A DNA stretch of 64,000 bases from an uncultured Flavonifractor sp. Its GTDB lineage: Bacteria > Bacillota > Clostridia > Oscillospirales > Oscillospiraceae. How positions within the stretch are numbered: position 1 is the stretch's first letter; the number at the start of each line of letters is the position of its first letter. A program made the position numbers and the translations under genes. The notes under the pieces are model-generated. The model was not told the origin of the DNA. It made no database searches and saw only the letters and a list, made by a program, of their open reading frames with translations. Of the stretch, positions 37,196 to 46,668 are shown piece by piece. The stretch spans positions 29,177-93,176 of the forward strand of contig CANAAV010000005.1 of NCBI GenBank assembly GCA_947346365.1. The letters run 5' to 3'.

Positions 37196-38788
37196 ATGAT
37201 TCGTGCAACTACCGTTGGCGTGCTCAAGGGCTACAAGAGCAATTTGATGAAATCCTTCATCTCCTTGAACAGCGCCCGCAGGGACGTGCTCAAACCCCGC
37301 AATTTCCAATCCTACGCAGACGATCCCGCCACCGCCTCCCAGGCCTATCAGATACGCCGCGCGCTCCAGCGCACCGCCAGCCAGTTAAGCGTCAGTCAAG
37401 AGGTCACTTACAAATACGAGAGCGCCTGGGCCGCTCTGAACAGCGTGGTGGACCGGGTGGACAACGAGGGCGGCTCTGCTCACGACGCTATGCTGCGGGT
37501 TTTGGACGATCCCAAAGGAGACGCCCGTACCGCTTTGGGCAAAGTTCTCACCGAGCTGGGCAATGACATTGTCCAGAGTATGAACACCAAATATGGCGAC
37601 ACGTTTGTCTTTGCTGGGGCTGACGGGCTGAACGTACCCTTCGAGGTGCGGGAGGACGGGCACCTCTACTACCGGGGTGTCAACGTGGATACCGAGGTTC
37701 CCAAGCTGGTCAGCGACAGCAATGGCGCCCCCGTTACCGTGGACAAGGACGGGAACTATGACCCCAACGGCACCTATTACCTCAAAAGCCGGACCACCAC
37801 CATCATGAGCAAGGAGGACTACGAAGCCAAGAGCACGCTGCTCAAGGACGCCTCCGGCAACCCCCTTTGGGTAGACGCCCACGGCGTGGAAAACCCCGGC
37901 GACGCCTTCCGTTTCCTCGTCGTGGAGAGCCAGACCACTCCAGTTACCGAGGCGGATTTTACTGCGGAGGGCTCTGACTATATCGTCCTGCGGGACACAA
38001 ACGGTAATCCCGTTCCCCGGCTGGATGAGAACGGAAATCCCGCTGTGGACCTCAGCGGCAATCCGCTCTACTCTGCAATTAACAAAGCCATGGTCACCCA
38101 GGAGGAGTATGACAGCAGCGTTCCCAACGTATTCACCGACCAGGCCGGCAATCTGGTGCCGGTAACGAAGGATGGCGTTTTGGATACCACTGGCGAATAT
38201 TATATCGTCATGGACAATGCGCAGGTCATCTCTCAGGACGACTATAAGACCGCCCAGACCGATCTTGCCAAGCTGGATTTTATGCTGGGTGAGAAAAACT
38301 TTGTGGACATCGGCCTTGGCCTTCAGGAGAACCTGGACGATGAGCTGATTCAGTCCAGCGCTTTCGACGAAACCCTTCAGGGCATTTCTTTCCTGGGCTA
38401 CGGCGTGGACGAGCAAGGGCATCCCAAAAATATTTTTTCCCTCATTCGCAAGATGGGCGACATGGCGGTCAATTACGATGATGCACAGTGGGTCAAGGGC
38501 GACAGCGTCTACGAGGAATTTGACCAGCTGGTAGGCAAATTTGAAAAGATGGCCTCTGAGTTTAAGGTCATGCACAGCGACATGGATGCTCAGGCGAAGG
38601 CTCTTAAAAACAACAATGACATGCTAACAGACAATGCCGATACTCTGAAGGAACAGATCCACGACCTAGAGGATATGGACGACGCTGAAGCTATCACATC
38701 CTTCATCTGGGCGCAGTACTGTTATAACGCCGCGTTAAAGGTCGGCAACAGTATTTTATCTGAAAGCCTGATGGATTATATGAGTTAA
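37196..38788 (+). CDS. flgL: flagellar hook-associated protein 3 FlgL
   Basis: 530 aa; flagellin N- and C-terminal domains; position after flgK; TAAGGAGG RBS. Confidence 0.85.
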   Translation: MIRATTVGVLKGYKSNLMKSFISLNSARRDVLKPRNFQSYADDPATASQAYQIRRALQRTASQLSVSQEVTYKYESAWAALNSVVDRVDNEGGSAHDAMLRVLDDPKGDARTALGKVLTELGNDIVQSMNTKYGDTFVFAGADGLNVPFEVREDGHLYYRGVNVDTEVPKLVSDSNGAPVTVDKDGNYDPNGTYYLKSRTTTIMSKEDYEAKSTLLKDASGNPLWVDAHGVENPGDAFRFLVVESQTTPVTEADFTAEGSDYIVLRDTNGNPVPRLDENGNPAVDLSGNPLYSAINKAMVTQEEYDSSVPNVFTDQAGNLVPVTKDGVLDTTGEYYIVMDNAQVISQDDYKTAQTDLAKLDFMLGEKNFVDIGLGLQENLDDELIQSSAFDETLQGISFLGYGVDEQGHPKNIFSLIRKMGDMAVNYDDAQWVKGDSVYEEFDQLVGKFEKMASEFKVMHSDMDAQAKALKNNNDMLTDNADTLKEQIHDLEDMDDAEAITSFIWAQYCYNAALKVGNSILSESLMDYMS

Positions 38789-38833
38789 GTAAGGCACTGT
38801 CTGGGAGTTTGGGAAAGGAGCGCAGAATGACAT

Positions 38834-39439
38834 ATGTATCCTCTGATTGAAATCAAAACTGTCCCTATTGAAATCGAGATGAAAACGACCCACGCAAAGC
38901 TGGAGTATTCCCGCGGCACGGCTGATTTGGAAATCTCTAGGGGAGATGGCGGGTTAAGCATCAAAAGCCGTCCCATCCGCCTGAATATTGATACCTTTGA
39001 AGCCCGTAATTCGGTGGTTCCCACCGCTGTGCGCTCCGTAGAGCAGTACGCTCAAAAAGGACAGCAGGCCTCCTACGCCGCCACAGCCACTTACGCCCAG
39101 CAGGGCCAGCTTCTGCTGAGCGCCAAAATTGGTCAGGACTTGATCGGACAATTCGCCACAGAGGCTGCTACTCCGGAGGTAAATGACGTGGGTCTTGAAT
39201 TTCTTCCTTCTACCGGGCCAGAAATTACCTGGGACCCCGGCGAGATGCAGATTCGGTATGAAATGGATAAGCTGAATTTCGACTGGCGGGTTAACCGGCC
39301 CCAATTCGAATTCACGCCCGGCGACATTGAGCTCTCCGTCACCCAGCAGCCTGATGTCATCATCAAATACGTGGGCGGCCCCCTCTATGTGCCCCCCTCT
39401 GCTGACCCTAATTATGAACCGGTAGATGTTCAGGCCTGA
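38834..39439 (+). CDS. YviE-like (DUF6470) flagellar-associated protein
   Basis: 201 aa; conserved position between flgL and fliW as B. subtilis yviE. Confidence 0.55.
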   Translation: MYPLIEIKTVPIEIEMKTTHAKLEYSRGTADLEISRGDGGLSIKSRPIRLNIDTFEARNSVVPTAVRSVEQYAQKGQQASYAATATYAQQGQLLLSAKIGQDLIGQFATEAATPEVNDVGLEFLPSTGPEITWDPGEMQIRYEMDKLNFDWRVNRPQFEFTPGDIELSVTQQPDVIIKYVGGPLYVPPSADPNYEPVDVQA

Positions 39440-39453
39440 CAGGAGGCATTGTT

Positions 39454-39906
39454 TTGAAGCTACAGACCAAATATTTCGGCGAGATCGAGTACGAGGAAGA
39501 TGAAATCATCACCTTCCCTGTGGGCCTGTTCGGCTTTGAGGAAGAGCATCAATTTCTCCTGCTGCCCTTCGAGGGCAGCGCCGCTACCCTCTTATGCCTG
39601 CAAAGTGTGGCTACGCCTGCTCTGGCTTTTGTCGCCATGAATCCATTTTCTCTGGACCCCGGCTATGCCCCTGTGCTTCAGCCTAAGGAGCTCTCGCAGT
39701 TGGGCGTGCAGGACAGTCAGGATCTGGGCTTTTACGTGCTCTGCGTGGTAAAAAAGCCGGTGGCGGACAGCACTGTAAATTTAAAATGTCCTGTCGCCGT
39801 CCACCCGGCAACCCGCATCGCTCAGCAGGTTATCTTAGACAGCGACCAATATCATATGCGCCACCCCCTAGCCCAGTTTGGACGCAAGGAGGCCGCGCCA
39901 TGCTGA
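39454..39906 (+). CDS. fliW: flagellar assembly factor FliW
   Basis: 150 aa; TTG start 7 nt after CAGGAGGC; FliW motif (ITFPVGLFGFEEEHQFLLLP); directly upstream of csrA. Confidence 0.85.
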   Translation: MKLQTKYFGEIEYEEDEIITFPVGLFGFEEEHQFLLLPFEGSAATLLCLQSVATPALAFVAMNPFSLDPGYAPVLQPKELSQLGVQDSQDLGFYVLCVVKKPVADSTVNLKCPVAVHPATRIAQQVILDSDQYHMRHPLAQFGRKEAAPC

Positions 39907-40175
39907 TTTTGCAGCGCCGGGCCGGGGAATCCCTGGTCATCGGGGAAAATATCACTGTGTCTGTCGTGTCCGTGGACGGCGTGCGGGTGCGTTTGGCTAT
40001 TACCGCACCGGAGGATGTGCCCATCCTGCGCAGTGAGCTCGTTGTGGCCGCCACTGCCAACCGGGAATCCGCCCAGGAGGAAACCGCGCCGTCCGAGCTG
40101 CTGGATTTGTTAGGCGGCGTACTGGAGCAGAAGCCGGAGGGAGGCTCTTCCGAGTCTTCCCCCCTTTCTGAATAA
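39900..40175 (+). CDS. csrA: carbon storage regulator CsrA
   Basis: 91 aa from ATG 39900 (AAGGAGG RBS) overlapping fliW stop; MLILQRRAGESLVIGENITVSV.. CsrA fold. Confidence 0.9.
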   Translation: MLILQRRAGESLVIGENITVSVVSVDGVRVRLAITAPEDVPILRSELVVAATANRESAQEETAPSELLDLLGGVLEQKPEGGSSESSPLSE

Positions 40176-40199
40176 CCTTCAGGAAAGGAGGTCGCTCAT

Positions 40200-40376
40200 A
40201 TGATGGAATCCATTGCCAGCATGGCAACCGATATGAAGGCGGCGCAGTTTGCCACCAACTATTCCCTGGCTGTCACCAAGAAGATGATGGACACCCAAGA
40301 GCTGGCAGGCCAGGAGCTGTTAAACATGCTTCCTTCCACACCAGGTATGGGGGAATTTATCGACACCTATGCCTAA
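40200..40376 (+). CDS. YjfB-like putative motility protein (58 aa; absent from the ORF track)
   Basis: AGGAAAGGAGGT RBS then ATG 40200; MMESIASMATDMKAAQFATNYSLAVTKKMMDTQELAGQELLNML.. matches the small YjfB motility family. Confidence 0.6.
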   Translation: MMESIASMATDMKAAQFATNYSLAVTKKMMDTQELAGQELLNMLPSTPGMGEFIDTYA

Positions 40377-40379
40377 CAT

Positions 40380-40412
40380 AAAAAACGGCTGGCTATCAAG
40401 CCAGCCGTTTTT
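40380..40412. terminator. bidirectional intrinsic terminator ending the flagellar operon
   Basis: AAAAACGGCTGGCTATCAAGCCAGCCGTTTTTT. Confidence 0.8.
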
Positions 40413-40434
40413 TATGTGTGCTTTGCCAATTGCC

Positions 40435-40665
40435 TTAAAGCTTCCGCAGCTCTTCCAGGGTATCCTGAATTTCCTTAGGGGAGAGCCGGCCTTGGGCAAA
40501 AGAAACCGCCTGCTCCAGCGTCGCTCCCCGCGCCATTTTCAGCATAGGGTGCTTCAACAAAGTAGGAAACCGGCGCTGGAGCACCCCGTGAGAGGCCGGC
40601 GTATCCAGCAGCTCCCCCAGGGTAATACGGTTGTGCTTCAAATTCATGTAAAATTCCACCTCCAC
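40435..40665 (-). CDS. small hypothetical protein (possible DUF1858-like)
   Basis: 76 aa ORF downstream of comM on the same strand. Confidence 0.35.
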   Translation of the reverse strand: MEVEFYMNLKHNRITLGELLDTPASHGVLQRRFPTLLKHPMLKMARGATLEQAVSFAQGRLSPKEIQDTLEELRKL

Positions 40666-40706
40666 CCATATCTTATGCCAGAGTGGGTGGGCGGTGTACA
40701 GGTTCT

Positions 40707-42248
40707 TTACGGTCTCAGGTGCACACTCTCCCGGTACTGTATGGCCTCTGCCAAATGCTCTGCGCTTATCGCCCCCGCTCCGTCCAGATCCGCAATCGTG
40801 CGGGCCACCCGGAGAATGCGGTCATAGCTGCGGGCAGTAAGCCCCATCCTGCTATACACCTGCTTCATCAAGGCGGTCCCGCCGCTGTCCAGGCCGCAGC
40901 ACCTTGCCAGTTCCCCGGGCCCCATGCGGGCATTGCAGCTGGGACCGCCGGGGCCAAAGCGGGCCGTCTGGATGGCCCGCGCGGCATTTACTCTCTCTTT
41001 CATTTGGGCGGAGGATTCCGCCGCCGGGGCTTTTCCCGACAGCTCCTCAAAATTCAGCGGCGGAACCTGCACATATAAGTCAATCCGGTCCAGCAGCGGC
41101 CCGGACAGCCGCCCCAGATAGCGCTCCACTTCTCCGGCCGAACAGCGGCACCGGCCTGCATACCCGTGCCAGCCGCACTTGCAAGGGTTCATGGCGCATA
41201 CCAGCATGAACTGAGCGGGATATACCTCTGTTCCCGTCACGCGGGAAATCTGCACCTGTCCGTCCTCCATGGGCTGGCGCAATACCTCCAGCGTCTCCTT
41301 TCCGAACTCCGGAAGCTCGTCCAGAAAGAGTACGCCGTTGTGGGCCAGGGATATCTCCCCAGGCTTGGGGGGCGAACCGCCACCGGAGAGCCCCACAGCG
41401 GAGATGGTGTGGTGCGGACTCCGGAAGGGCCGCTGGAGCAGCATCGGCCTTGCCGGGGTGGTAAACCCCAGCACAGAGTGGATTTTGGTCGCCTCCAGGG
41501 CCTCCCGCCGGGTCATATCCGGCAGAATGCCGGGCAGACGCTTAGCCAGCATAGATTTTCCGGAGCCAGGCGGCCCCACCATAAGGATGTTGTGTCCCCC
41601 CGCTGCGGCAATCTCCAGGGCGCGCTTTACATTGTCCTGCCCCTTTACATCGGAAAAATCCGGGCACGCCAAATCCTCCGCGGCGGGCTGCCAAAGGGCG
41701 GCGGGCGTCAGCGGCGCCTCTCCCCGCAGATGCTTCACCAGCTGCTCCACATTTTCCACCGGGTAGACGGCCAGCCCTTCCGCCAATGTCGCCTCCGGCG
41801 CGGAGGCCGCCGGCACATAGAGCCGCTTAATCCCCGCCTCCGCCGCCGCCAGCGCCATGGGCAGCATCCCGGTGACGGGCCGCAGGGCTCCCGACAGGGA
41901 GAGCTCACCCACAAAAGCGGCGTCAGGCCCCAAGGGCCGAAGCTGTCCGCCGGCAGCCAAAATACCCACCAAAATAGGCAGGTCATACACAGTTCCCGCC
42001 TTTCGCCGGTTTGCCGGCGCCAGATTGACGATAATCCGGGAAACCGGGAAAGCAAATCCGCAGTTTTTAATGGCCGAGCGCACCCGGTCCCGGGCTTCCC
42101 GCACCGCCGCGTCGGGCAGGCCCACAATATCGAAAGCGGGCAGGCCGTTGGATAGATCGCATTCCGCGGTGACCTCATAGCCCGAAACCCCGCTCAGTCC
42201 CAGCGAGCGCACATTGTAGAGCACCGGCAACGCCGCCTTTCCCCTCAA
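40707..42248 (-). CDS. comM: YifB/ComM family Mg-chelatase-like AAA+ ATPase
   Basis: 513 aa; N-terminal Lon-like domain, Walker A GPPGSGKS, Walker B LFLDELPEF, C-terminal Mg chelatase domain. Confidence 0.9.
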   Translation of the reverse strand: MRGKAALPVLYNVRSLGLSGVSGYEVTAECDLSNGLPAFDIVGLPDAAVREARDRVRSAIKNCGFAFPVSRIIVNLAPANRRKAGTVYDLPILVGILAAGGQLRPLGPDAAFVGELSLSGALRPVTGMLPMALAAAEAGIKRLYVPAASAPEATLAEGLAVYPVENVEQLVKHLRGEAPLTPAALWQPAAEDLACPDFSDVKGQDNVKRALEIAAAGGHNILMVGPPGSGKSMLAKRLPGILPDMTRREALEATKIHSVLGFTTPARPMLLQRPFRSPHHTISAVGLSGGGSPPKPGEISLAHNGVLFLDELPEFGKETLEVLRQPMEDGQVQISRVTGTEVYPAQFMLVCAMNPCKCGWHGYAGRCRCSAGEVERYLGRLSGPLLDRIDLYVQVPPLNFEELSGKAPAAESSAQMKERVNAARAIQTARFGPGGPSCNARMGPGELARCCGLDSGGTALMKQVYSRMGLTARSYDRILRVARTIADLDGAGAISAEHLAEAIQYRESVHLRP

Positions 42249-42257
42249 ATTGCTGCG

Positions 42258-42962
42258 CTACACTGCGCGCAGCCGGTAGCCGCAGGCGCTGATGCACCGT
42301 TCCGCCAGCACATCCATAGCGTCCAGATAGTAGTCCGGCAGACCGTGGTAGGTCCGGTAAACCGACAGCTCGGTACACGCCAAAATAGCGCCGTCGCACC
42401 CGCTGCCCTTCAGCCAGCGGTCAATTGCGGCAAATTTCTCCCGGCTCCCGGTCTCCCCCCGTTTGATCTCATCGTAAATAATGCTCATCACCAGGGCCTG
42501 AATGTCCCCAGGCGGAGATACCCCCTCCATTTCCCGAGCGGCGCACTCCTTTTGGTATACCCCCGTCCGGATGGTGCCGTCCGTTCCCAGAACCCCCACC
42601 CTCTTCCGGCCCTCCTTCGCCAGCCGTGCCACCGTCTCCCGGGGCATATGCATCAGAGGGATACCCAGCTCTCCCTGAAGCCGGTCGGCAAAAAAGTGGG
42701 AGGTATTGCAGGGAATCGCCAGCAGGGTGCATTCCTCCCGTTCCAACAGCTTCGCGCCGGATAGCAGCCGCCGGTAGCACCCCTCTGCGTCGCCGCCCAG
42801 AATCGCCTCCGTGCGGTCCGGCATCCCGGTGTCGCTGAAAATCAGCGTAGGCAGGTGCTCCTGGTCCCTCGCCGCGTCGGTGCGGTCTAAAATGCGCTGG
42901 TAAAAATCCTGGGTGGCCTGCGGCCCCATACCGCCTAAAATACCCAGCCGTGCCTGACTCAT
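42258..42962 (-). CDS. aspartate/glutamate racemase family protein (aspartate racemase)
   Basis: about 234 aa from ATG at comp(42960..42962); GILGGMGPQAT N-terminal and GCTELS C-terminal racemase motifs; overlaps upstream ATP-grasp gene stop. Confidence 0.8.
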   Translation of the reverse strand: MSQARLGILGGMGPQATQDFYQRILDRTDAARDQEHLPTLIFSDTGMPDRTEAILGGDAEGCYRRLLSGAKLLEREECTLLAIPCNTSHFFADRLQGELGIPLMHMPRETVARLAKEGRKRVGVLGTDGTIRTGVYQKECAAREMEGVSPPGDIQALVMSIIYDEIKRGETGSREKFAAIDRWLKGSGCDGAILACTELSVYRTYHGLPDYYLDAMDVLAERCISACGYRLRAV

Positions 42963-44167
42963 TTCACCTTCTCCATGCAGGAGGCATACCATTTGACATA
43001 CCGCCGCTGCCCCCGCCAGATGCGCAGCCGGTGCATCAGGCCTCTGTCCGCCTCGCACACCAGAGGATTTACCGCCGCTCCGGCCTTCTCTAGCGCGCGC
43101 ATTTCCTCGTGATACCGGGGATTGACATAGTCGTAGGCCACCTGCCTGGGCACTACCTGCCACAGGTGGCGGTTTTTTGTCACGGTCAGGGGTTGTTCCC
43201 TGCGCTCAATCCGGTCTTCCACCAGATACTGGGCCAGGTTATAGCCCGCCCCGGTCACATAGTAGTTGCTGCGGCCTTGGCGGCAGTTAATCTCAAAGGC
43301 TTTGAATCTTCCGTCCCTCTGGTCGTATTTAATGTCGAAATTGGAAAAGCCCACAAAACGGATGTCCTCTAAAAAGGCCCTCAGCTTTTCGCAAAGCTCT
43401 GGCTCATGCTCCGTGATGATAACGGCGTGGTTGCCGATGGCGTGTCCGGTGTGCTCCTCCAGCAGCACATGCCCTACGCACATCAGGCGCACCTTTCCGT
43501 CCGCGCCAGAGTAATTGGTCACCACCCGCATGTAGCTGTCGTCGCCGGGGATGAAATCCTGCAAGATCAAAGCGTCCTCATATCCCGCCTCATAAATCTG
43601 GTCGATCACCTGATCCACCTCGGCGCGGGTTTGGAGCACATAGGCCTTTTTCTGCGTGGGGAAGGGGTGCTTCCAATAGGTATCCGACTCGGCGGGCTTC
43701 ACCACAAAAGGTCCGTCAAAGGGCAGCTTAAAATCATGGCCCATCCCTTTGCGGTAGACCACCGTGGCCGGATAATCAATACCGTAGCGCTCGCACAGCT
43801 CATAGAATTTCTCCTTGTGTATGAGCTGTTCCAGCATGGGCAGAGCCACATAGGGGGCAATCACATTGCCGGGATAGCGCAGCAGATTCGCTGAAATGGC
43901 GTTCAGGTAATTATCGCCGCAGCCCAGCAGCAGAATCTGCCGGTCCGGCCACTGTCCGGCCACCTCCACGGCGTTGGCCAGAACCTGCTCTACGCTGTCG
44001 TTTCCGGGGCGCACCCGGTAGTCGATAAACCGGCTCCCCGCGCACACGCTGGCGGGGTAAATGCCGTACACCACGCTTTTCACGCCGTACGCCTCATAAA
44101 AGGCCCGGGCCATGCTGTATGCGTTGATATCCGCGCCTAACAGCACGGGAATAAAATCAGATCTCAT
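42959..44167 (-). CDS. ATP-grasp D-aspartate ligase-like enzyme
   Basis: about 402 aa from ATG at comp(44165..44167); N-terminal FIPVLLGADINAYSMARAFYEAYG; ATP-grasp fold; co-operonic with Asp racemase as in Enterococcus faecium aslfm-racfm. Confidence 0.65.
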   Translation of the reverse strand: MRSDFIPVLLGADINAYSMARAFYEAYGVKSVVYGIYPASVCAGSRFIDYRVRPGNDSVEQVLANAVEVAGQWPDRQILLLGCGDNYLNAISANLLRYPGNVIAPYVALPMLEQLIHKEKFYELCERYGIDYPATVVYRKGMGHDFKLPFDGPFVVKPAESDTYWKHPFPTQKKAYVLQTRAEVDQVIDQIYEAGYEDALILQDFIPGDDSYMRVVTNYSGADGKVRLMCVGHVLLEEHTGHAIGNHAVIITEHEPELCEKLRAFLEDIRFVGFSNFDIKYDQRDGRFKAFEINCRQGRSNYYVTGAGYNLAQYLVEDRIERREQPLTVTKNRHLWQVVPRQVAYDYVNPRYHEEMRALEKAGAAVNPLVCEADRGLMHRLRIWRGQRRYVKWYASCMEKVK

Positions 44168-44357
44168 GGCAGTATTCTCCCTGGAAGGTAATCTCATACC
44201 AGCTCTCCCCCATGGGGCGCACGCTGGCTGGGTAAGCCCGGGACACCCGCCCCGCCTGCTCAGCGGTCAGGCGCAGCTCCCGGCGGCGGATCTCCCCGCC
44301 GGCAAAGCACTCGGAAACCAATTGCTCCAAGTCCTGTTTCTCGTCTATTGTAGGCAT
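44157..44357 (-). CDS. small hypothetical protein
   Basis: 66 aa ORF, overlaps ligase start by 11 nt; no known domain. Confidence 0.3.
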   Translation of the reverse strand: MPTIDEKQDLEQLVSECFAGGEIRRRELRLTAEQAGRVSRAYPASVRPMGESWYEITFQGEYCHEI

Positions 44358-44402
44358 CTTCCATTCTCCTTAGCAGGAATTCCTTCTTTTTCTCACTGGG
44401 CC

Positions 44403-46628
44403 TCATCCCGCCGCCCGCTTTACCTGGTAGACTCCCGGAATCTGGCTGAGCTTGTTGATCACTCCGGTCAGCTCTGCCTGGTTCTTGACCTCCAGTACAA
44501 TCGAGATGTTGGCATAGCCGTCCGGCATTCCTCTGGCAGACAGGCTCTTCGTCTTTACCTTGGCGGCAGACAGGGCCATCGCCACATCCAGCGTCAGGCC
44601 GTCCCGGTCTTTGGCGGATATCTCCAGGGAGGTCTGATAATTGGACAAGTCTCCTTCCGCCCAGGCGACTTTGATCCACCGTCCGGTCTCCTCCGGCTTG
44701 CGGCGTTCCGGCGAAGCGTTGGGGCAGTCCGCCCGGTGAACCGAAACGCCGAATCCCCGGGTGATAAACCCCACCACCGGATCGCCGGGCACCGGCGTGC
44801 AGCATTTGGCAAACTTGACCAAACAGTTGCCGATGCCTTCCACAATGATCCCAGAGGTATTTTTTCCGCTGGGAGGCGCCGCCGGAGCCAGATTAACCGC
44901 CGGGCGGACCACCTCTACCTGGGCGGCGGCCTTCTCGGCGGCCTGCTGCTCAGCGTGAAGGCGGCTCAGGCGGGTCATCTCATCCTTAATGCGCACCACC
45001 GCCTTCTGGGCGGACATGCCGCCGTAGCCGATGGCGGCGTACAGGTCGTCCAGCGTGCCGAAACGCACCTTTTTCAAAACGGAGGGCAGCACCTCCTCGG
45101 CGGTAATCGCCGCCAGGCTCAGCCCCACATGCTTTAGCTCCGATTCAAAGGAGGAACGCCCAGTGGCAATATTCTCCTCCCGGCGTTCCCGTTTAAACCA
45201 CTGGCGGATTTTATTGCGGGCCTCGTTGGACTTGCAGATTTTCATCCAGTCCCGGCTGGGGCCGTGGGCGGAATTCGAGGTAATGACCTCCACAATGTCG
45301 CCGTTTTTCAGGGCGGTGTCAAAGGGAACCATGCGCCCGTTGACCTTGGCGCCGGTCATGCGGTTGCCCACGGCGGAGTGGATGTTGTAGGCAAAATCAA
45401 TGGGTGTCGCTCCGGTGGGGAGATTGATCACGTCCCCCCTGGGGGTAAACACAAACACCTCGTCGGCAAACAGATCCACCCGCATGGTGCGCACAAATTC
45501 CTCCGCATCCACATCCTGCTGGCTCTCCAGCAGCTTGCGCACCCACTCAAAGGCCTCCTCGGTGCCCAGCTTGGTGTTCGCCATGCCCTGCTTGTACTTC
45601 CAGTGGGCGGCAATGCCGTATTCGGCGGTGTTGTGCATTTCGCGGGTGCGGATCTGCACCTCAAAGGGCAGCCCCTCCCGCCCGATGACCGTGGTGTGCA
45701 GGCTTTGATAACCGTTGGGCTTGGGGGTGCCGATATAGTCTTTAAATCGTCCCAGCACCGGATTAAATAGGTCATGGATGCACCCCAGCACATTATAGCA
45801 CTCGGGCACGTCGTCCACAATCACCCGGAACGCGTACAGGTCGAAAATCTCGTCCATGGTCTTGTTCTGGGCATACATCTTCCGGTAGATGGAGTAGATA
45901 TGCTTGACCCTTCCATAGATGCTGAAGCGGATATTTTCCTCTGACAGCCGGGTCTGAATCCGCCGCTGGATATTGCCTAAGAACTCCTCATGGGCGGAGG
46001 AGCGGGCGGAGAGCTCGTCGGCAATCTCCTGATAGCCCACAGGGTCCAGATATTTCAGGGAGGTGTCCTCCAGCTCCCACTTGATTTTCTGCATCCCCAG
46101 CCGGTGGGCGATGGGAGCGTAAATCTCCATCGTCTCCAGGGCCTTTTCCTTTTGCTTGCGGGGCGACTGGTAGGCCATGGTGCGCATGTTGTGCAGCCTG
46201 TCGCAGATCTTAATGAGAATGACCCGGATATCCTTGGCCATGGCCATAAGCATCTTGCGCAGGTTCTCCATCTGCTCCTCCTCTTTGGAGGTATACTGCA
46301 CCCTGGTCAGCTTGGTCACTCCCTCCACCAGGTCGGCCACCGTGGGGCCAAAGAGCTTGGCGATCTCCTCATGGGTGGACCCGGTGTCCTCAATGCAGTC
46401 GTGAAGAAGCGCGGCAATGATGGAATCCGTATCCAGCTCCAGCTCCGCCACGATCTCCGCCACCGCCAGAGGGTGGGTGATATAGGGGCTGCCGTCCTTG
46501 CGCAGCTGCCCAGAATGGGCGTTATCCGCGTAAGTGAACGCGCTGAACAGGCGCTGGGTATCCAGCGCCGGATGATAGCTTTTTACTTTGTCCTCCAGCT
46601 CCTGATAGCGCTCTAAAATAGGGTCCAT
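44403..46628 (-). CDS. relA: bifunctional (p)ppGpp synthetase/hydrolase RelA/SpoT
   Basis: 741 aa; HD hydrolase domain, RelA_SpoT synthetase, TGS and ACT domains. Confidence 0.95.
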   Translation of the reverse strand: MDPILERYQELEDKVKSYHPALDTQRLFSAFTYADNAHSGQLRKDGSPYITHPLAVAEIVAELELDTDSIIAALLHDCIEDTGSTHEEIAKLFGPTVADLVEGVTKLTRVQYTSKEEEQMENLRKMLMAMAKDIRVILIKICDRLHNMRTMAYQSPRKQKEKALETMEIYAPIAHRLGMQKIKWELEDTSLKYLDPVGYQEIADELSARSSAHEEFLGNIQRRIQTRLSEENIRFSIYGRVKHIYSIYRKMYAQNKTMDEIFDLYAFRVIVDDVPECYNVLGCIHDLFNPVLGRFKDYIGTPKPNGYQSLHTTVIGREGLPFEVQIRTREMHNTAEYGIAAHWKYKQGMANTKLGTEEAFEWVRKLLESQQDVDAEEFVRTMRVDLFADEVFVFTPRGDVINLPTGATPIDFAYNIHSAVGNRMTGAKVNGRMVPFDTALKNGDIVEVITSNSAHGPSRDWMKICKSNEARNKIRQWFKRERREENIATGRSSFESELKHVGLSLAAITAEEVLPSVLKKVRFGTLDDLYAAIGYGGMSAQKAVVRIKDEMTRLSRLHAEQQAAEKAAAQVEVVRPAVNLAPAAPPSGKNTSGIIVEGIGNCLVKFAKCCTPVPGDPVVGFITRGFGVSVHRADCPNASPERRKPEETGRWIKVAWAEGDLSNYQTSLEISAKDRDGLTLDVAMALSAAKVKTKSLSARGMPDGYANISIVLEVKNQAELTGVINKLSQIPGVYQVKRAAG

Positions 46629-46668
46629 CGGATCACCTCAATTCGGTCGGGCACACGGCCCCTCCGCT

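Noticed and set aside
42959-44357. ATP-grasp plus small upstream ORF as a RiPP (graspetide/microviridin-like) biosynthetic pair
   Set aside because: The ATP-grasp N-terminus and the co-operonic aspartate racemase fit the D-aspartate ligase (Aslfm/Racfm) paradigm much better. The 66-aa ORF lacks a Thr/Ser- and Asp/Glu-rich core typical of graspetide precursors.
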